NCBI GenBank assembly: GCA_036172245.1
Contig: JAYWIR010000010.1
Location: 2,852,001 to 2,916,000, forward strand
DNA length: 64,000 nucleotides
Direction of reading: 5' to 3'
DNA from: Raillietiella orientalis
Taxonomy: Eukaryota
This document shows, one piece after another, positions 23,680-37,849 of the stretch. Below the pieces are notes generated by a model, which saw nothing but the letters and a program-made list of their open reading frames with translations, had not been told where the DNA came from and did no database searches. Position numbers and translations under genes: made by a program. Each line of letters begins with the position of its first letter. The stretch's first letter is position 1.

Positions 23680-24149
23680 AGAGGCCCTCTCCCGGAGTCA
23701 CGCCCCGCCCCTTTCCGGAGGAGCAAGGAGTGGGATGCCATCAGGAACGAGGGTTGTAAATAGTTGTCTGCGATCAGGAGGACTGGAGGTCCAACTCGTC
23801 GGAAGGGATCGCGGCGCGCTGGACCAAGTATGGCTTGCTTCTGGATTGCTGAAACCAGGGTGGCTTCGGGGATCCCCGGCTCTGCCGCAAGTCTTTGGAA
23901 TAAAACCGTCTACTGCTTTCGCTTCCCGGAGTGGTGCGGAAAGGGAGATTGATGCCCATACGACCGTCATCTCAGCTGGCATATTGGACCATCGCTCGAA
24001 GGAAGAATCTCCCTTGCTTCGGGGTGCCCCAACTCAACAGGAAAGGGGAGGGAGAGAAGAGAAAGAATCTCCTCCTTATCCGAGGTCTCGCCACTGACGG
24101 CGTCCTTCCGGGAGCTCCTGAGGAACCTGCTCGGGAGCAGGGATGCGCG

Positions 24150-25700
24150 CACCTGGAATCTCTTGGAAAATCCCGTTCAGGGAAAAGAAGGAGGTCTGCC
24201 TAGTCCTGAGCATCTTTCGCTTCCTGGTGTTTCCCGACCCTCATCTGCCTACTACAGGGTGCAACGATCGGAAAGCATTTCATTTCTTCCCGATGCAGCT
24301 GACTTTCATCACCTCGGCCGGGGAAATGAGGGGAGGGGAGGCTGCTGAATCTCTCCTAGGTGCCTCTACCTTTTCGGCGCTGTCACCTCTCCTTCCCGAG
24401 GACGGCGCTGGAGTCTTCCGGAATTCCCTTCTCCTCGCATGCGAGAGAAGAGCAGCCATTCTACTGGCATACGGAAAACTGCCCTATATGGGCAACCTAC
24501 AGGTCGGTCGGCTGCGTGCTGTGGTCCAACGTCTGGTCCATCTGGTTCCTGTTCTCGTCGCATTCTTCGCCAACGGCGGCACGCCTCTACTGCCCTCTCC
24601 AATAGGGGGCGAGTGGACGGAGGAAGGAAACAGATCTCTTCCCGAGGCTCCGGTTGATACTCGAGGGCAAATGCTGCATGCTACATCACTGCAAGCCTCT
24701 CCTGACCATCGTCTTTCCGAGGGTTTCGGGGGATTCATCTTGCTCGCTCTGTCAGGTGGTCTTCCACTGACGGCAGTTTCTTCTGCCGGCGGATGCCTCC
24801 AGAATCGTCTGCTCCAGAGACCCATAGCGAAAAGAACCAGGAAGTAGACTGCAGCCGGATGAGGGCCGTTGTAGGGTGGAGTCTCGTTTCCCTCGGAGAA
24901 AGAGAGAAACAGTGTCGGCTGGAACCAGAACCCAGTCTATCCAGAAGGGAGCTCGTGAAACCGATGCCACATATTTTTGACCACAACTCTCGGAATAAGG
25001 AACCTGAGAGGAGTCCTCATCATCGTGCATGGAGAGTGGTCTGCTCCCATTGGGGCTTCGAGAGATCCTTCTCTTTCCTGGAAGAGCAGCGGGCTGAGCA
25101 ACGCTGAGCTCAGGGTGATCAAAGCCGCAAGAAGAGCACGCGTTCGAAAGTAGTAGTGTAGATGGGGTGGGAATTGGAATCGTTGAAGGAAGAAAAGCAA
25201 GTTCCACTCCTTTCCCCTCTCGCCGGAGGCCCTTCCTGAGATTCCGGAACAACGAGATCGGAATGGCAAAGGGGAAACTGAGACCTTTCGTTCGGTGGAG
25301 GAAAAGGATCCAAGGGTAGCGGAGCAGCAGGGGGGAGTGGTGTAGTGGAGCTTTTAATAGTAGTAGCTGTCGTAGGTAGGAGGTGGATCCTCCATAGCGT
25401 CTTAAAACGAGATGACGCAAAGGTGAGCAGAAACGAGTCTGGGTCATTTCTGAGGAAGCATTCGTCTACCCTTCTGCCACCTGGAGACCAATACCTGCCT
25501 GCAGCTATGGCTTGAAGCATTTCTATGCCTTTGCCTTCGAAGGAAAGTCTTTCTGGAGTTGCAGCTAAGGAAGAAGCAGGAAGGATGATGGGACCACTAG
25601 GACATCTGAGGATCCAGGAATAGCAGTGGGTTCCGTGAATACGACTGCGTTTGAGCAAGGGAATCTCGTCTTTCCAATATCATGAAAGTGCACTGCTGGA
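24150..25700 (-). mobile_element. Degenerate DIRS RT/RNase H relic
   Basis: RFCSPLRHLVLRRYGGS resembles FYSxLFLVPKKxGS. FAIPISLFRNLRKGLR resembles YFHIPI..RKYLR. FQFPP resembles FQFxxLP. Confidence 0.4.
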
Positions 25701-26788
25701 TCGCTGAGACAGGAGCAGAAGGAATCTTCCTCATCTCGTCTGTGATGGCGCAAGTTTCGCCTTGAACTAGAGGAATTGTTAGAGGGTTTCACGGAAGGGA
25801 TAAGTACTCAATGCATGTAGATAGGACGTTCCGACATCACCGCCGTGCTGCTGAACGTCACAGTCGGAGACGAGGTCGAGCAAGAAAATGGGAATTCTTG
25901 GCACGGAGACAACCATGATCTGCTCATGCAGCACACAAAACTAGAACGAACCTTTTCTCGTGCAGAGATGCTGCTTAAAATCTGCAGATGTCTATAAATA
26001 GTGTGTTTGCATGGCGATGGGAGAAGTGCATCCATCTTCTGCACATCTGGGCATAGAAGAACGCGAATCGTAAGGTACGGCTACACGGAACGGCTTTCCG
26101 ATCCGTGCCTTCAATGCCCGCCTAACGTCTCTTATTGATGTGTGTACAATACAAGCGCTCATCCCGGGGCGGTGCCCGATTTACGTCATTCTTTTCACGC
26201 AGCGTGATGAAGGTGCTGTCACACCCCTTCAGCGGATGTAATGACGGCGGGAACGGGAAGATCCTTCATACAGCTACATGCGGTCAGCTGAAGCAGGAAG
26301 GCCGTGGACAAACGACAAAGGGGATCGTTGAACTCTTCCGGGGTTCAAGGACAGCAATCCTTTCTCCTGAATTTCCTGACGGCTTCTTATCGCTCAGACT
26401 GCCTGCGCAAAAAGTGAATGAATGGTTCTGGTGGGAGCGAGACCAGGTGCCTACAAGTGGGCTGCGGACGCCTTTTTCGGTCCTCTCATTCCCTGTGTCG
26501 TATTCAGGGTAAGCTTGTGTGTGTGTGTTTTTTTGTGTTTCTCGAGAGGAGGAGGATGCAGCAGGGAGACTTGCACGCACGCATGCATCCCCTTTCCTTG
26601 AGGAGATCTCGCCCTGATGATCTTCCGCCTTGCAGAGGGAATGCTTCCGCTGCTCTCCATCTCCACGAATTGCTCTTGATTTTCTGTGCTAGGAGAGAAC
26701 TCCCTTTCTCAGAAATCTCCCTTCAGCGCTGACCTCTGGGACAACCGCGGATGCATGGGAGTCCCTTGGCAGCTTCCTCTGAAACGGC

Positions 26789-27211
26789 TTACAAGGCTAG
26801 GAGAGGAAACCCGACTTCCAGAACCTGGAACCTCCCCTTCTCCCGCGGGAGAGTTGCCACGCCCGCGTGCTTTCTGTGAAGGCAGGTCCGACAATGGGGT
26901 GCGTTTCTCTTCCAGGAGCGTAGGTGGCATTTTTTTTTAGAAAAGGGAAGAACGGACGCACGCGATAGGAACAGCAATGCACGCAATGGACTGCCGGGGT
27001 ATCTCCTTTCTTTCGGTAGCATAATCCCCAGGGGGAGTGGACTCCATTTTTGAACTCTATGGGGAACTTGCAATTGTCCTTTCTCCAGGTCCATTCTAGC
27101 GCTCTCAACATCTGCTGCGGCTGTTAGGCAGCCTCGGAAGCCAGAGAGGGTGCTTAAATTGTTCCAATTCTCAGTTTCCGTTTCCTTTCCCTCCAGGAAA
27201 GCGGCCTTCAT
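26789..27211 (-). mobile_element. DIRS RT N-terminal relic
   Basis: DVESARMDLEKGQLQVP...SPLPLGIMLPKERR resembles EVxxLLxKGAIExV...YSxxFxVPKKxG. Confidence 0.35.
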
Positions 27212-29199
27212 CCTGGTGCTCGTTTGGGTTCCATCCCTCCCCCCCTTCTTCTCCTAAATGGGACCACTCGTGAAATTCCCGCTTCTGTGACCACCATCCT
27301 CGTCCAGAGATAAGCCACGAGGAAGCTCTACCACCAAAGGTCCTTCTCGCGGTCTCCTTTCCAGGAGGCGCAGGCAGAGGACGGAGATCACCCCTCGAGA
27401 CCTGACAATCTCGGAAATAAAAGACCTTCCGGTGCGAATTCTTCCCCTTTCGAGAAGATGAGGAGGGAAGATGTTCGTAAAGAGATTTCCCGGAACAGGA
27501 TGCTGAGGATCTCGAAGAACTGCAGCCCTGACATACTTTGATGTCGATCTCCCTCGTGAGTTAGTTTGCAGGAGACGCCCCCAAGATGCCCGCAGAGCAA
27601 AGTTTCCCGGTGGTAGATTGCTTCAGCTCATCGTGGAACGGACGACGGGTGCGGATGCCGGGGAATTCCCAAGATCGCTGGAATAGGTGTCCCTGGTCCA
27701 CTCCCCGCCCATGCGGGAGGTAACCGGATGAGCCTCCCAAAGTCTGTCATCTCCAGAATGAGGCTCCTGGGACTTTCATGAGACATGGCTTCGTGGAGAA
27801 TGCTCATGAACCCGAGGTCTCCCTATTTGATACATCAGTGATGGGCACCTGGTGGGTGCTCCTAATTGTCTTCCAGCTGATATCCCTGTCGGCGAGGGCG
27901 CTCCGAACAGTCCCAGTCAACAGCTTGCAAAAGCAGGAGTGTCAGTCATCTCCTTGTTTGTCGTGCTGCAAGCTTGGCGGGTCTTCTGTGGTCACATCTC
28001 TAGTCTCGCAGTACGGATGCTCCAGAACCTTCTGGGTGGCGTACCTGGAAAAGTTGCATGTGGTGAACGGATGGCGGGCCGTGTTGTGTGCAGGCGCGCG
28101 CTTTCCTGGAGTGCCCTTAGAAAACCAAGTTTTTCTCTCGGTATGTCGGAGCCGGTGGCTCTCGTGCCGTCCCGTGAGACCGCGGAAACCGTGAGCTGTC
28201 CAACAAATGAAAGCTTCCCCTAAGAGTGGCAGGTAGCAACGAAAGATTGGGAGAGGAGATCCAATTTTAGGGCCAGTTTCTTCAGCTGATTTCATGTGGT
28301 AAGGAAACCGGTGCACCGACGTCCTGGTGACGTCCTTTACAATCTGCTGCTGCTGAAACGTGGGAATTAGCTCGTCTCCATCCCGTTCCTCCCCGTGGCA
28401 TCTCTTGGTTTATTCCCGAGCTTAGAGGTCTCAACCACTTCTGTGCTGATTCATCAGAGACACCTGAGTCATTCTGCTCGAATCCATCTGAACACCCCTT
28501 TCTTGCCCTCGCGACCAAGTGGGGACTCCGCTTGCGATCCTTACGTTTGCACCGGCGATGCCAGAAATAAGGCGAAACGAACGAACATACTGTCAAGCAT
28601 CGGGGCAACTCTTCCAGGACGTTACCTTTCAAATGCATATCCTGCCTGATTCCTGAACTCTTCTCATGCTGCTGTTAAGTCTGCTCTACTTTTTTTCGAG
28701 GGTCCTGGGCATGAAATTCCCAAAATCGTCATCCTCCGGAGGTTCTGCGGCGGCTTTTCAACTCCAACCGCAGTGTTCCTTGGTGTGAACCTTGCTCCGC
28801 AGACTCTGGAAAGGTCAGCAGCTGTCAACAGAGAAGAGCCTCGGCGGGTAAATTGTGCAGACATGCAAATTGACTGCTGATTCGTCTGCATGAACGTAAT
28901 CGTTGATGTTCCTATGTGGTACATTTCTTCGCGAGCTGTCTCATGCTCTTACTGATGAATGTCCACTCCGTCTTGGGTGCTTTCAGCCATTGGTAGTGCC
29001 GATTATGTCCTTCATCCAATACATTCGGGGCATCGCGACATAATTGTGAGGATACCTCTCAGACGACCGGCGCATAATCGATCAGCTAGAAGAAGACGGT
29101 CAACCTTTAAGAACTCGAGCAAGACCTGACCTATCAGAGCAAATCCATGGGGCGGAGAGCATCTTCGACAGTCCGAAACCGAGAGACGTACCCATCCTA

Positions 29200-30050
29200 C
29201 AAAAAACTCTCATCTTGATAAGGACCATCCCAAATCTTGCACGTTCGAGCTTTCACCTTTGGTGACGAAGTATCTTTCGATATCAGTCCTTTTTCTTCGT
29301 GCTGGTTCTTGATTTTATTCGTGAGCAGCACTAGGTGGATCAATGGCAGGTGGTTTAGACGAGCGTAGCTCATGGCAGGAAGGTCACAGACAAGAAATGT
29401 AGAACGCAAGAGAGTCTTTGCCCCTTGGCTTCTGAGACACCAACACAAATGTTTCATGGAAACATTGTCTCGAACAAGTTTCTCAATAAGAGCACATCCT
29501 ATCAGCAGGCTTATATGCAAGTCTGCCTGTCTACAACATGTCTGCTCTTGTAGGAAACCATCCAAGAGCTCTGAAGATCATACCGTTTTTCATGCTATAG
29601 AGGCATTCAGCTTTGGTCATCCTCAAACGTCTTCGCATCCTTCGCCGAACGAGCAGGAGCGTCAGAAAACTGAGGCTGTCATCTCTACTTCGAAAGTAGA
29701 GGATCCACCAGCACCTGCTGCCAATGCTAGCGTTCTTATACGAGGGAAGAATGTTCCCCACCTCATGTTTGCCTGATGACACCGAGAAGCTTGGTTCTGC
29801 GATGGTGAGAATAGGCAGCACATCTGGAGACTAGAACGTTCCGACTCTCCTTAATCATATCACAAGCCATGATGCCAAAAAAAAAAAAAAATTTAATCCA
29901 ATGAAGCAGATGTTTCCTGTCCCTAGCTAGAAATTCCGGGCTAATCTCTTCCCTATCAAGTACCTCGATTTTCAAGGTTTGTCCGAGCTGTACCGAGCGC
30001 ATTTGCAAAGCAACCTCACAGGTGTTTTCACGATTAATTTTGCTGCATGA
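29200..30050 (-). mobile_element. Possible EnSpm/CACTA transposase relic
   Basis: Only one motif, FLVCDLPAMSY, resembling ICDLPARAF. Confidence 0.25.
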
Positions 30051-30100
30051 CAAGAAGAAACGAACAACAGTAATTTCTTCTGGCTTCATGATTGTTCCAG

Positions 30101-31160
30101 TTTTTTTTTTTTAAAAAAAAACAAAAAAAACAAAAAAAAAAACACTCATTCCTGCTACCTTACGTAATGTATGCTGGTATCAACTTTCCTCTCAGCTTGG
30201 GACTACGTAAATACGCGTAAATTGCGACCCTACTGCAGCTTTCCGACCTGCGACTTTCATGGCTGGTGGTCTGACTTCCTCCCAGGGGCTCTGGAGAAGT
30301 TCCCGGCTCGACTCCTTCAAGAGGAATGGAGCGGTTTCGCAGAAGTCGCAGCTTTCTTGGAAAAATATCTGCGGAGGCGGTGCTTTGCCGTGCGACAGCA
30401 TCGAATCAGCGAGGGCCCTTCATCTACGGATTGGGTCACAACCGCAGAGATTTTACACACAAGAGCGTCGCGACTTGGTACGCACTGCGAAGCGTACCAA
30501 ACTAACCGAGCTGTTGCGTAAGCACCAAACTTGCCGCATTATGCAGGGAGGGCCACTGGCAATCAGAACTGAGAACTTGATTTCGGTGTCGCCTTCAGGA
30601 GCATTCTTGCATATGCTGTCATCTGTACAGTACGATTCGGGTTCTGGGAGCGTTCACTCCGTTGGGGTGGAACCAATGTGGAGTATGGCTCTGGAGAAGA
30701 GCGGCACCTCATGTGTGCTGAATGCTGCGTCATCTGCAGTGAAAAGACGAGTTCTTAAAGTTTGCAGACAAGAGTTCTTTTAACGCTACGTTTCCAAGAT
30801 TAGAGTGATGAGAAGATCGAGCCGTGTCGGAACCGAATCCATGGAGATACCAAAGCTTCCGACGAGGAACGTCTCTGCGTCTCGATCCCTGCAGGTGGAA
30901 CGCACGTATCGGGAATCCCACTCCGACGAAGACATCAGGAAGTGACTCTCTGTGGTGAAGATCGTTTTACGATTTCTTGAAGCTTGAGCTTGGACGACGG
31001 ATGGACTCAGATGGACCTTCGGAGTACGTATGAAAATTTCGCGTGCAGATGTAAGTTCATTAGAGCGGCGTAGACATCTCTTTTTTGATTGGAGGAAGAT
31101 GTCAGCGTGATCAGTGCAAACAGAGAGTTTCAGATCGTCCCCAATTTCTCCATTCTCCAT
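30101..31160 (-). mobile_element. RTE-clade LINE relic (RT C-terminal half)
   Basis: RTRLFTADDAAFSTH resembles RDLLFADDAALVAH. It is followed by IASGPP..RQVW and VRFAV..NLCGCD (IAKAS..VW / YRAVV..LLYGCE-like). The T-run at 30101-30112 may be the tail. Confidence 0.55.
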
Positions 31161-31689
31161 TGTGATACATAAAACACACCATGATGTATGTGTTCATAGG
31201 ATAATGAATCTTCTCATCTGCTACGGCCAAAGAAGCACTCCTCAAAATACAGCTTTATTTGCGGATCATAATGGAATCAATGATGTACACAAACGCTGCA
31301 GAATTCAATTAAGTTTGCTCTCGAATGCGTATGAAAGTTATTAATAGGAAGGAGAACGTGTATCTTTAGGAATCATTACCACGATCTCCGAGAGTAATTA
31401 AGCTTCTATTCAAAGCTCACGTGATGAACAAAAGATTTATACTTTGATGCGTTTTAAACCTTTTCATCTGAATGGCACTCTTCAGAGATTAGATATAATG
31501 AATAGATCTCTCTTGACAGAAACGAAATTGGATTATAAGAAATTCCAATACATGCTAATTAAATCGCAGTGATTGATGCTTGGGATTTCAGTGGACCCGT
31601 TCGGTTGTCTTCCATTATCAGAACTTTGAGGGGCCACTCACATTGTGCCTTGGACGTCGAGAGGCTGAGCACACACCATTCGTTCATCG

Positions 31690-33000
31690 CAAGTGCGTAG
31701 GTTCTATATGAACAGCATCGCGAAATGCAATCTCTGGGAGTACCAGTGCGAAAGAGCTGCAGGGAATCCACCTAGTGAGACTCGTCGCTTACACTCGCTG
31801 ATCCTGCAAGCTCCCATCCCCAGCGCAGCAGATGGTTCGATCTCCCACATCCGAACGGTGGGAATCCGCCGGAAGGTTGAGATGGAGCAGCAAAGCATTC
31901 CAAGGGGCGCTCGTCCTTGTTTAGCGAGTATGAGAGTGAAACGGTTTGCAGCACAGGAATCAGAGCTCCTCCTGGTTGCAACCGTTTCCTGGAACTCCGG
32001 ATGAGCTCTGCCGGGAATCGTGAGGGAGAAAGCCGAAAACCGTAAGCCGAGATTTCCAGCAGAGAACTAGCCAAAAGCCTGCGGAACGGCTCGTTGAAAA
32101 ATCCCAGCCTCTCCTGCCGGGATCACTGAAGTCTTCAGGAGCAGAGACGGGAGGGAAGGGGGCCGAAGGGAAGACCCACTCTGTGCCACATAGCCTGGCG
32201 CTTCATCTGCTCTCTGGCACGCGGCGTTGCTACGTGCGAGGGCATCTTCCTCTCCCATGGGAAAAATCCGCACAAGTCTTCGATCAGGAGGATTGCACGC
32301 TGCCGATTCGCCTTCAGGGAAGGGAATCTTCCGGTGGCCTTCTGAGCTGAAGGATTTTCCCCTGCTTTGCTTCTCCGTGTAGCCGATGGCAGCACCACAG
32401 AACTCCTCCTGGTTAAGGTGTGGACCTTCATCGTCTTTACGAGAGAGATCTTCGCCGTGACGGGCAGTCCCGTGGTCCTGAGGCAGCAGTCTCTCACCGC
32501 CTCGTCGAATTCCTCCACCTGTTTCCGCGCGGCACACGCTCTCTTTCTCTCTGCATGCACAAAGCCGGCGGGAGGGCACGTCTTCATACAGAGGGGAGCA
32601 ACGGGGACTAGGAAGCGTCCGGATAGATGAGAAGGCAAGGGTAAGGGCGAGGCAGACCTTCGAGCAAAGGGAATCCGGGAACACAATGGGGATGTGCAAC
32701 CTCGAGCGAGTACACGTAGAAGGAAAACCACCGTCTGTCTGCGCGTGGTCCGGCGAGCAAGGACACGTGACCTTCCTTCCGCGAGAGGCACCCGGACCTG
32801 GGGGAGACTGCATCCTGCACGTTGCTCTGTCCGGAGCGTCCCCTTCTCGATGGCGGAACCGCAAGGCGCTCTGGTCGCAGAATCCCTCCACACGTTGGTG
32901 CAGGTGTTCGGTGAAGAACGCCTGCACCAACCGTGTGTGCAGGAGGCGCGTGGTACGGGAGGAGTCATCCAGCATCTTCCCCCTTTCCCCGGTCCGGCTC
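31690..33000 (-). mobile_element. CRE-like RLE non-LTR retrotransposon relic
   Basis: MLDD (YLDD-like), VEEFDEAVRDCCLRTTGL (LxxFDxxLRxxL..G-like) and KRRVSLGGFPAALSHWYSQRLHFA (the C-terminal QRLSxA-like motif), in order. Confidence 0.5.
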
Positions 33001-33669
33001 GCGATAGGGGAAATTCACTGAAAGATCAGAACAATGCAAACAAACAAACACTTTCACTATGGAGACCGGTGGGTCGATGGTCATGTCACTGCGGCACGCG
33101 TGCGTCACGTCACTGCACCATCCTGATCACGCCGTCCTCAGGCAGTGTAGGAGGGTACAGGAAAGCACCCTCCCTCCCTCCCACACGAATGCTGATTTCC
33201 TTCATTGAGAGTCCTTGCAGGATGTCCTTTCAGGCGCCGCACGCGTGGCTCCTCGTCGGCTTCGTCCTCCTGACGAGGACGTGCCTCAGGAAGAACGTGA
33301 CCATCAAGCGCACGATGGGGCTGTAGCGGGGCGCACCGTCCTCTCCCCCCAACAGTCCTCGCAAGAGTCCCCACTTTCCGTGCGCTGCGTAGTCCGGTGG
33401 CCAACCGTAGCACTTCCTAGTCCTGGACGAGGGTGCGACAGGTGTAGGGATGAGGGTCGTCTTCGGGCGAGCCGCGGGTCGGGCACTGGTCGCCGTCGGG
33501 GTTGCCGGCCTAGAGTCGGAGCCTCGTTCCGCACAGGATGTCTCCTTGATAAAACATCAGGAGGCACTCCCGAACTCCTGGCAGTAACGAGGACCTTCAC
33601 AATGGCCTGCGGGACTGACTGCTGATCCATCGAACCCACCGCTCAGCGTCTCGCTCAGCGCCTCCGCTT

Positions 33670-34470
33670 CACCTGGCATCTGCGCGTTGTCGTCTCGGGC
33701 GTTCGTCCTGGACCACTGAGTGCCCTGGGCTTGCCAGAGCTCGCAGATCCCAGGAGTTGCCCCACCCTTGGATGGATCTTCCATATGCGAGGACTTGCAT
33801 CGCATGGATGACTCCGTTGGTGGGTGGTCGCTCGTAGTCGCCCATGGAGACCTTGCTATGTTTCCGGAGCCAAACCCGTGTTTCCCAAGGGACGCTGATG
33901 AACTGAGGGATCACCTGGGCGAGCTCACTGTCTCAGAGTTCCCTGCTTCTTGGGACTCTCTTCAGCTTCAGTGTCTTCACGAGATTCTGCATCCTCGGCC
34001 AGGTGACGTCGACGACTTTCCATTGCTCGGATTGGCACGACATGCAGGACATCAGGCCTTTGGTTCCGTGGACCAGCCATGCGTATACCCTGTGAGACAC
34101 GGGCGGCCATCCGCCCCATCCGCCGACGCTGACGAACGAGCTGCCTTCTCAGCCACTGCATCCAAAACGAGGAGAAGATCACAGGGGAGCGCGGACCAAG
34201 GAGGCTGCTGCAGGAAACTCGGGGAGCCTCGGGTCAACTTGTTCCTGGAGCAGACTCGAAACTGGGATACCGGATTCTGTACTCCAGGGGTGGTGGGAAA
34301 CCAGCCATGATGGATGGCGCTGGACCCTGGAAGGGGTCTTGGAGAGAATCCGCTGGTGCACCAGAGGAGGTGGCTGGCGAAGGACGGAAGGCGAGCGCGA
34401 AAGATGAGCTCTCCATCTTCGCGAGGAAGCGCTGCGGCGCTGGACCCGCGAGCATCGCGGAGTACTGTCA
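33670..34470 (-). mobile_element. RLE-type non-LTR 3' relic
   Basis: SHLLWCTSG..AIHHG (HxxxC..RH-like), WKVVDVTWP and FISVPWETRVW (FxPxAxETxGxW-like). Confidence 0.4.
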
Positions 34471-35797
34471 TCGGCGGACGCTGAAGGTCTCCAAGCAGCG
34501 AGCGGAGCGAAACCGGATGTGGTGAAGCCTGCTGGAGGCGTGGGTTGTACCGCGAGTCGCGATGAAGTCACAGCCTCTGGTGGGGGGCGGTGGATCAAAG
34601 TGATTGATCAGAGAGTGAGGACATTGGAGAATTTTCCTGGACATCAGTCACACCATGCGATACGCCACCTGCAAACACAGACACCAATGCATCCTCCCTG
34701 TGCGCTTCGCGGGTAGAGGTGTCTTCTCGGGTGGGGCACGCCCAATGAGGGAACCCGGCTCCCTCCCCCTCAGACTCCTGGAATCGCTCTTGGATATGGT
34801 GTCTCTTCCTGCCGGAGGGCAGCTCCCAGCTTGGGGCTCTTCCGCTTCGCTGCCGACGAGCTGCCGGGAGACATCGGAAAGGAGGATCCTGAGATTTGCC
34901 CCTGGGCACGTGGGCGGAGAAGGGAGAGGTTCCGAGTTGGGCCACGGGGAGAATGGGAGTTCCACTCGACAGGGAGGATGGTTGGGAAGGGAGGAAATTC
35001 CGGCAGGCAGGAAAAAGAGGGACTTTGTTTTGTTCCCGAACCTCCTTATTCTGGAGACAAGCTTGATGAAGATCATCCAGTGCCGCTGAGGCAAATTGAC
35101 GGAGCAGCGCCGGCAACGGCGTCCGTTTCTTCAGGGAGGAAAGGGGGGTGAGCTGGAGGTGCGCACCGTTTCTTCTCCGGGCAGCAAGCCGCGCTCTTTG
35201 CAGTCAGCGCCTCCGTTATATCTTTTACCGATTCTCCATCTTCCCGTCAGAGTGACTGTTGGCGTCCCGAGGAACCCTCAGAGACAATCGGGAACTCCGA
35301 GAGAAGCCTGGGCCGCGATTACCATGACAATTCTCTGAGAGCTGCCTCCCCCATCCAGCTTCCTAGCAATTGTTCCCCGAGGAGTCGTGATTTATCTTTC
35401 AGTGAGAGAGGTGAGAGGAGCTCCTCGGATGAGATGGAAATGATCTGACGGCGAGTCCGGAGGCTCACAGGTGGAGATGTATGGGAGTGTTTGCTCTGGA
35501 TGAAGTCGTTTCCAATCCGAGGTCTCTCCCGGTGTTCCTTGGGGAGTCCACGAGCTCACGTCTGTCGGAACTTGGGAGCATAGGAGTTATTTCGGAAAAA
35601 GACGCCTCCTGTGCTAAGAGTAAAGGAGAGCTGGGACTTCCGGGAAGATATTCTGGATGGGAGGGTATCCAGTAGAGGCTCTCCAGGTTTCTCGAAAAGG
35701 CGTGGGAAGTTCTCTTGTCCTTTTTTTTTTCGGGTCTATCCGGGAGGGATAAGGGAAGGCAAAAAACACTCCGACGAAGCTGCTTCGGCAGAAACTC

Positions 35798-36410
35798 TGA
35801 CGCCACTGCGTCGTTGGGTTCCGAGTTTCTCCTGCAATGGCGCTGGTTGGCCGAGACATTCGGGCGTGGCACCGGCGGTGGATTAAGCCGGAGGCCCCCG
35901 ATGAAGACCGGAACAATGGAAGTCGACCTTCGAGCCCTTCCAGGAATCAAGGAGTGGGGAGTTCCCCCTCCTGTCGTGCAACGGAGAGCGCCCCCCCCCC
36001 CCTGTTGGGGGGGCGGTCCGCTCTGTGAAGAGCCTCCGAGTCGCCTCTTCACAGAGTGTGCACAAGGAAGCAAGCGAGAGCGATTCCCTGCGGGAAGCTG
36101 CAGAGCCCCTTCTGAGTTTCGGAAGCGTCCCTTCGGGGTTCTCTTCAGAGGAGTAAACAGGAGCGGTTCCCTTGCGGGTTCCCTTCGGAGAAGTTGAAAT
36201 GGAGAGGACCATTCCCCATTAGGGGGTGTCCCTCCGGAGAGAATGAGGAAGGAGATTCCCTTCGGGGTTCCCCTTCGGAGACAACCAGGGTGGGAGGTGC
36301 GATCCCCCCCGTCCGGGGGTATCCCTCCCCAAGCGTGAGAGGAACGGACTCCGAGCCCTTCCTGGATTCTTAGGGCGGACTCCCATCCCGGGGTGCCCCC
36401 TATCCTGAAG
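35798..36410 (+). mobile_element. tRNA-derived long SINE-like element, copy C (body only)
   Basis: Starts TGACGCCACTGCGTCGTTGGGTTCCGAGTTTCTCCTGCAATGGCGCTGGTTGGCC, identical to copy B. Collinear with B apart from internal deletions. Confidence 0.85.
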
Positions 36411-37398
36411 CTGCTCTTCCCGTTTCCTTAGGAACCACGAAGGCTGAATGTGCGGATCAAATCAGGTTCGTTTTGGTGACGGTGACTTTCAAAAAAAGGG
36501 AAGAGTCAGGAATTTTCAGGAGAACTGCAAGTGTTTGTTCTTTTAGGCTGAGGATTTTCCTGAGCGTTCTATCTCGACGTGCACCAGGGTCTGTGTGGAT
36601 ACTCGGAAATGATTGTCCCTGTGGTCGAAAGAAGTTTGCATTCCGGGTCCAGGAGGAATGCTGCAGCCATCGCTCCTTGATCTCCAACACCTTGCCTTCT
36701 CTCTTCCGCACGCCGAAAAAACAGGCGCATGGCTTCCGCAGCTTGGAGGACCGGAAGAGAGAAGCATGTCAGCAGATGAGAACGAAGAAAGGAAAAAGGA
36801 GCCACTGTAGATAAGCAGTACCTCCGGCAATGCCTATTGGGAACTGAAGACGGAAGTCCCAGCACGCAAGAGGCAGTGCGCTTCTCAAGAAGGAAGGGAA
36901 GCGAGGAAGCTTCCTGCTGCCCCGTTGGATAGCCCATACTCTTTGCTGCTCCAGGTTCCCTTCCGTGACGCCATCTGCCTGGGAAGCGGAGCGCAGTTGA
37001 GCGCAGTTTCCACAACCGAGAGGTGACTCACAGTCCTCAAGGGTTCACGAAGGCCCCACTCCCACAGAAGTCAAAATCGCAATCACCATTGTGACCATCT
37101 CCGGAGAGCGGCGCTTTCATTACAGCAGGAGTTCATCCCGAAGCGGCACGATCTCGAGTTTCCTCTGCCGACGCCTCTGCAAATTTCTTTTGTTTGCCTT
37201 GAAAGTCGGTTTTGCTCTCCTGCGCTGAGAGCAGCTGAAGGAAGGGCCGTTAGCGAGGCCAAGGGATTCAGGATGTCCTGCACCCTTACTTGCTCCGAAA
37301 TGGAAGCTGTCACCACCTCCAACCGCTGCATCACCATCATTTCGGCGCATTCTGCTTTGGAAACCAAAAAGAAGAAGAAAGAAATTTTGGCCCGCGTC

Positions 37399-37650
37399 AG
37401 AGGCCGTGTGGCTGCGGTCCCCGCGCTTGGCAACGAGCGTTGCGGGTTCGAATCCACACGTGGAGAATCGACTCCGAGAAATGGGGGCTACCCCTAGCCC
37501 CCCCCTTCCTGCTCAAGGTAGCGCTAGTTGACCCACGAGCTTCAGTGTGGCACTGGTGAAAGTCGGAAACCTCCGGATGCCCTCGCTGAGATGAGGAGTT
37601 TATCTCCGGGGTCCTTCCAGAAACCAAGAGGCCGGTTCTCTTCGGAGTCC
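37399..37650 (+). mobile_element. tRNA-derived long SINE-like element, copy E (head plus 5' body)
   Basis: GAGGCCGTGTGG...GCGTTGCGGGTTCGAATCC contains a perfect B-box and aligns with the heads of A and D. It is followed by GCGCTAGTTGACC, CCGGATGCCC and GGGTCCTTCCAG body motifs. Confidence 0.7.
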
Positions 37651-37849
37651 CCCTACCTAGGTGTAAGAAAAACACATTTCCTGCTCCAAAACCTTCTTGA
37701 ATTCACAGAATGGTCCCTAAGGGCAGCCCCTTAGCTACCTTGAGGAAAGAAGCGGAGGCATCACTCCTGGGTTCGCTGACTTTTCACGGGCAAGAGAACT
37801 GGGACCAGCGGAATGCTGGAGCCTTTCGGCAGGCACCAGATTTCATCAG

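Noticed and set aside
29770..29815. Hammerhead ribozyme core CTGATGA
   Set aside because: No GAAA core follows the putative stem II. I saw no complete core at the other CTGATGA/TCATCAG sites or at the CCGATGA inside the SINE.
37399..37475. Functional tRNA gene (perfect GGTTCGAATCC)
   Set aside because: There is no convincing cloverleaf, and the sequence continues into the SINE body, so it is treated as a SINE head.
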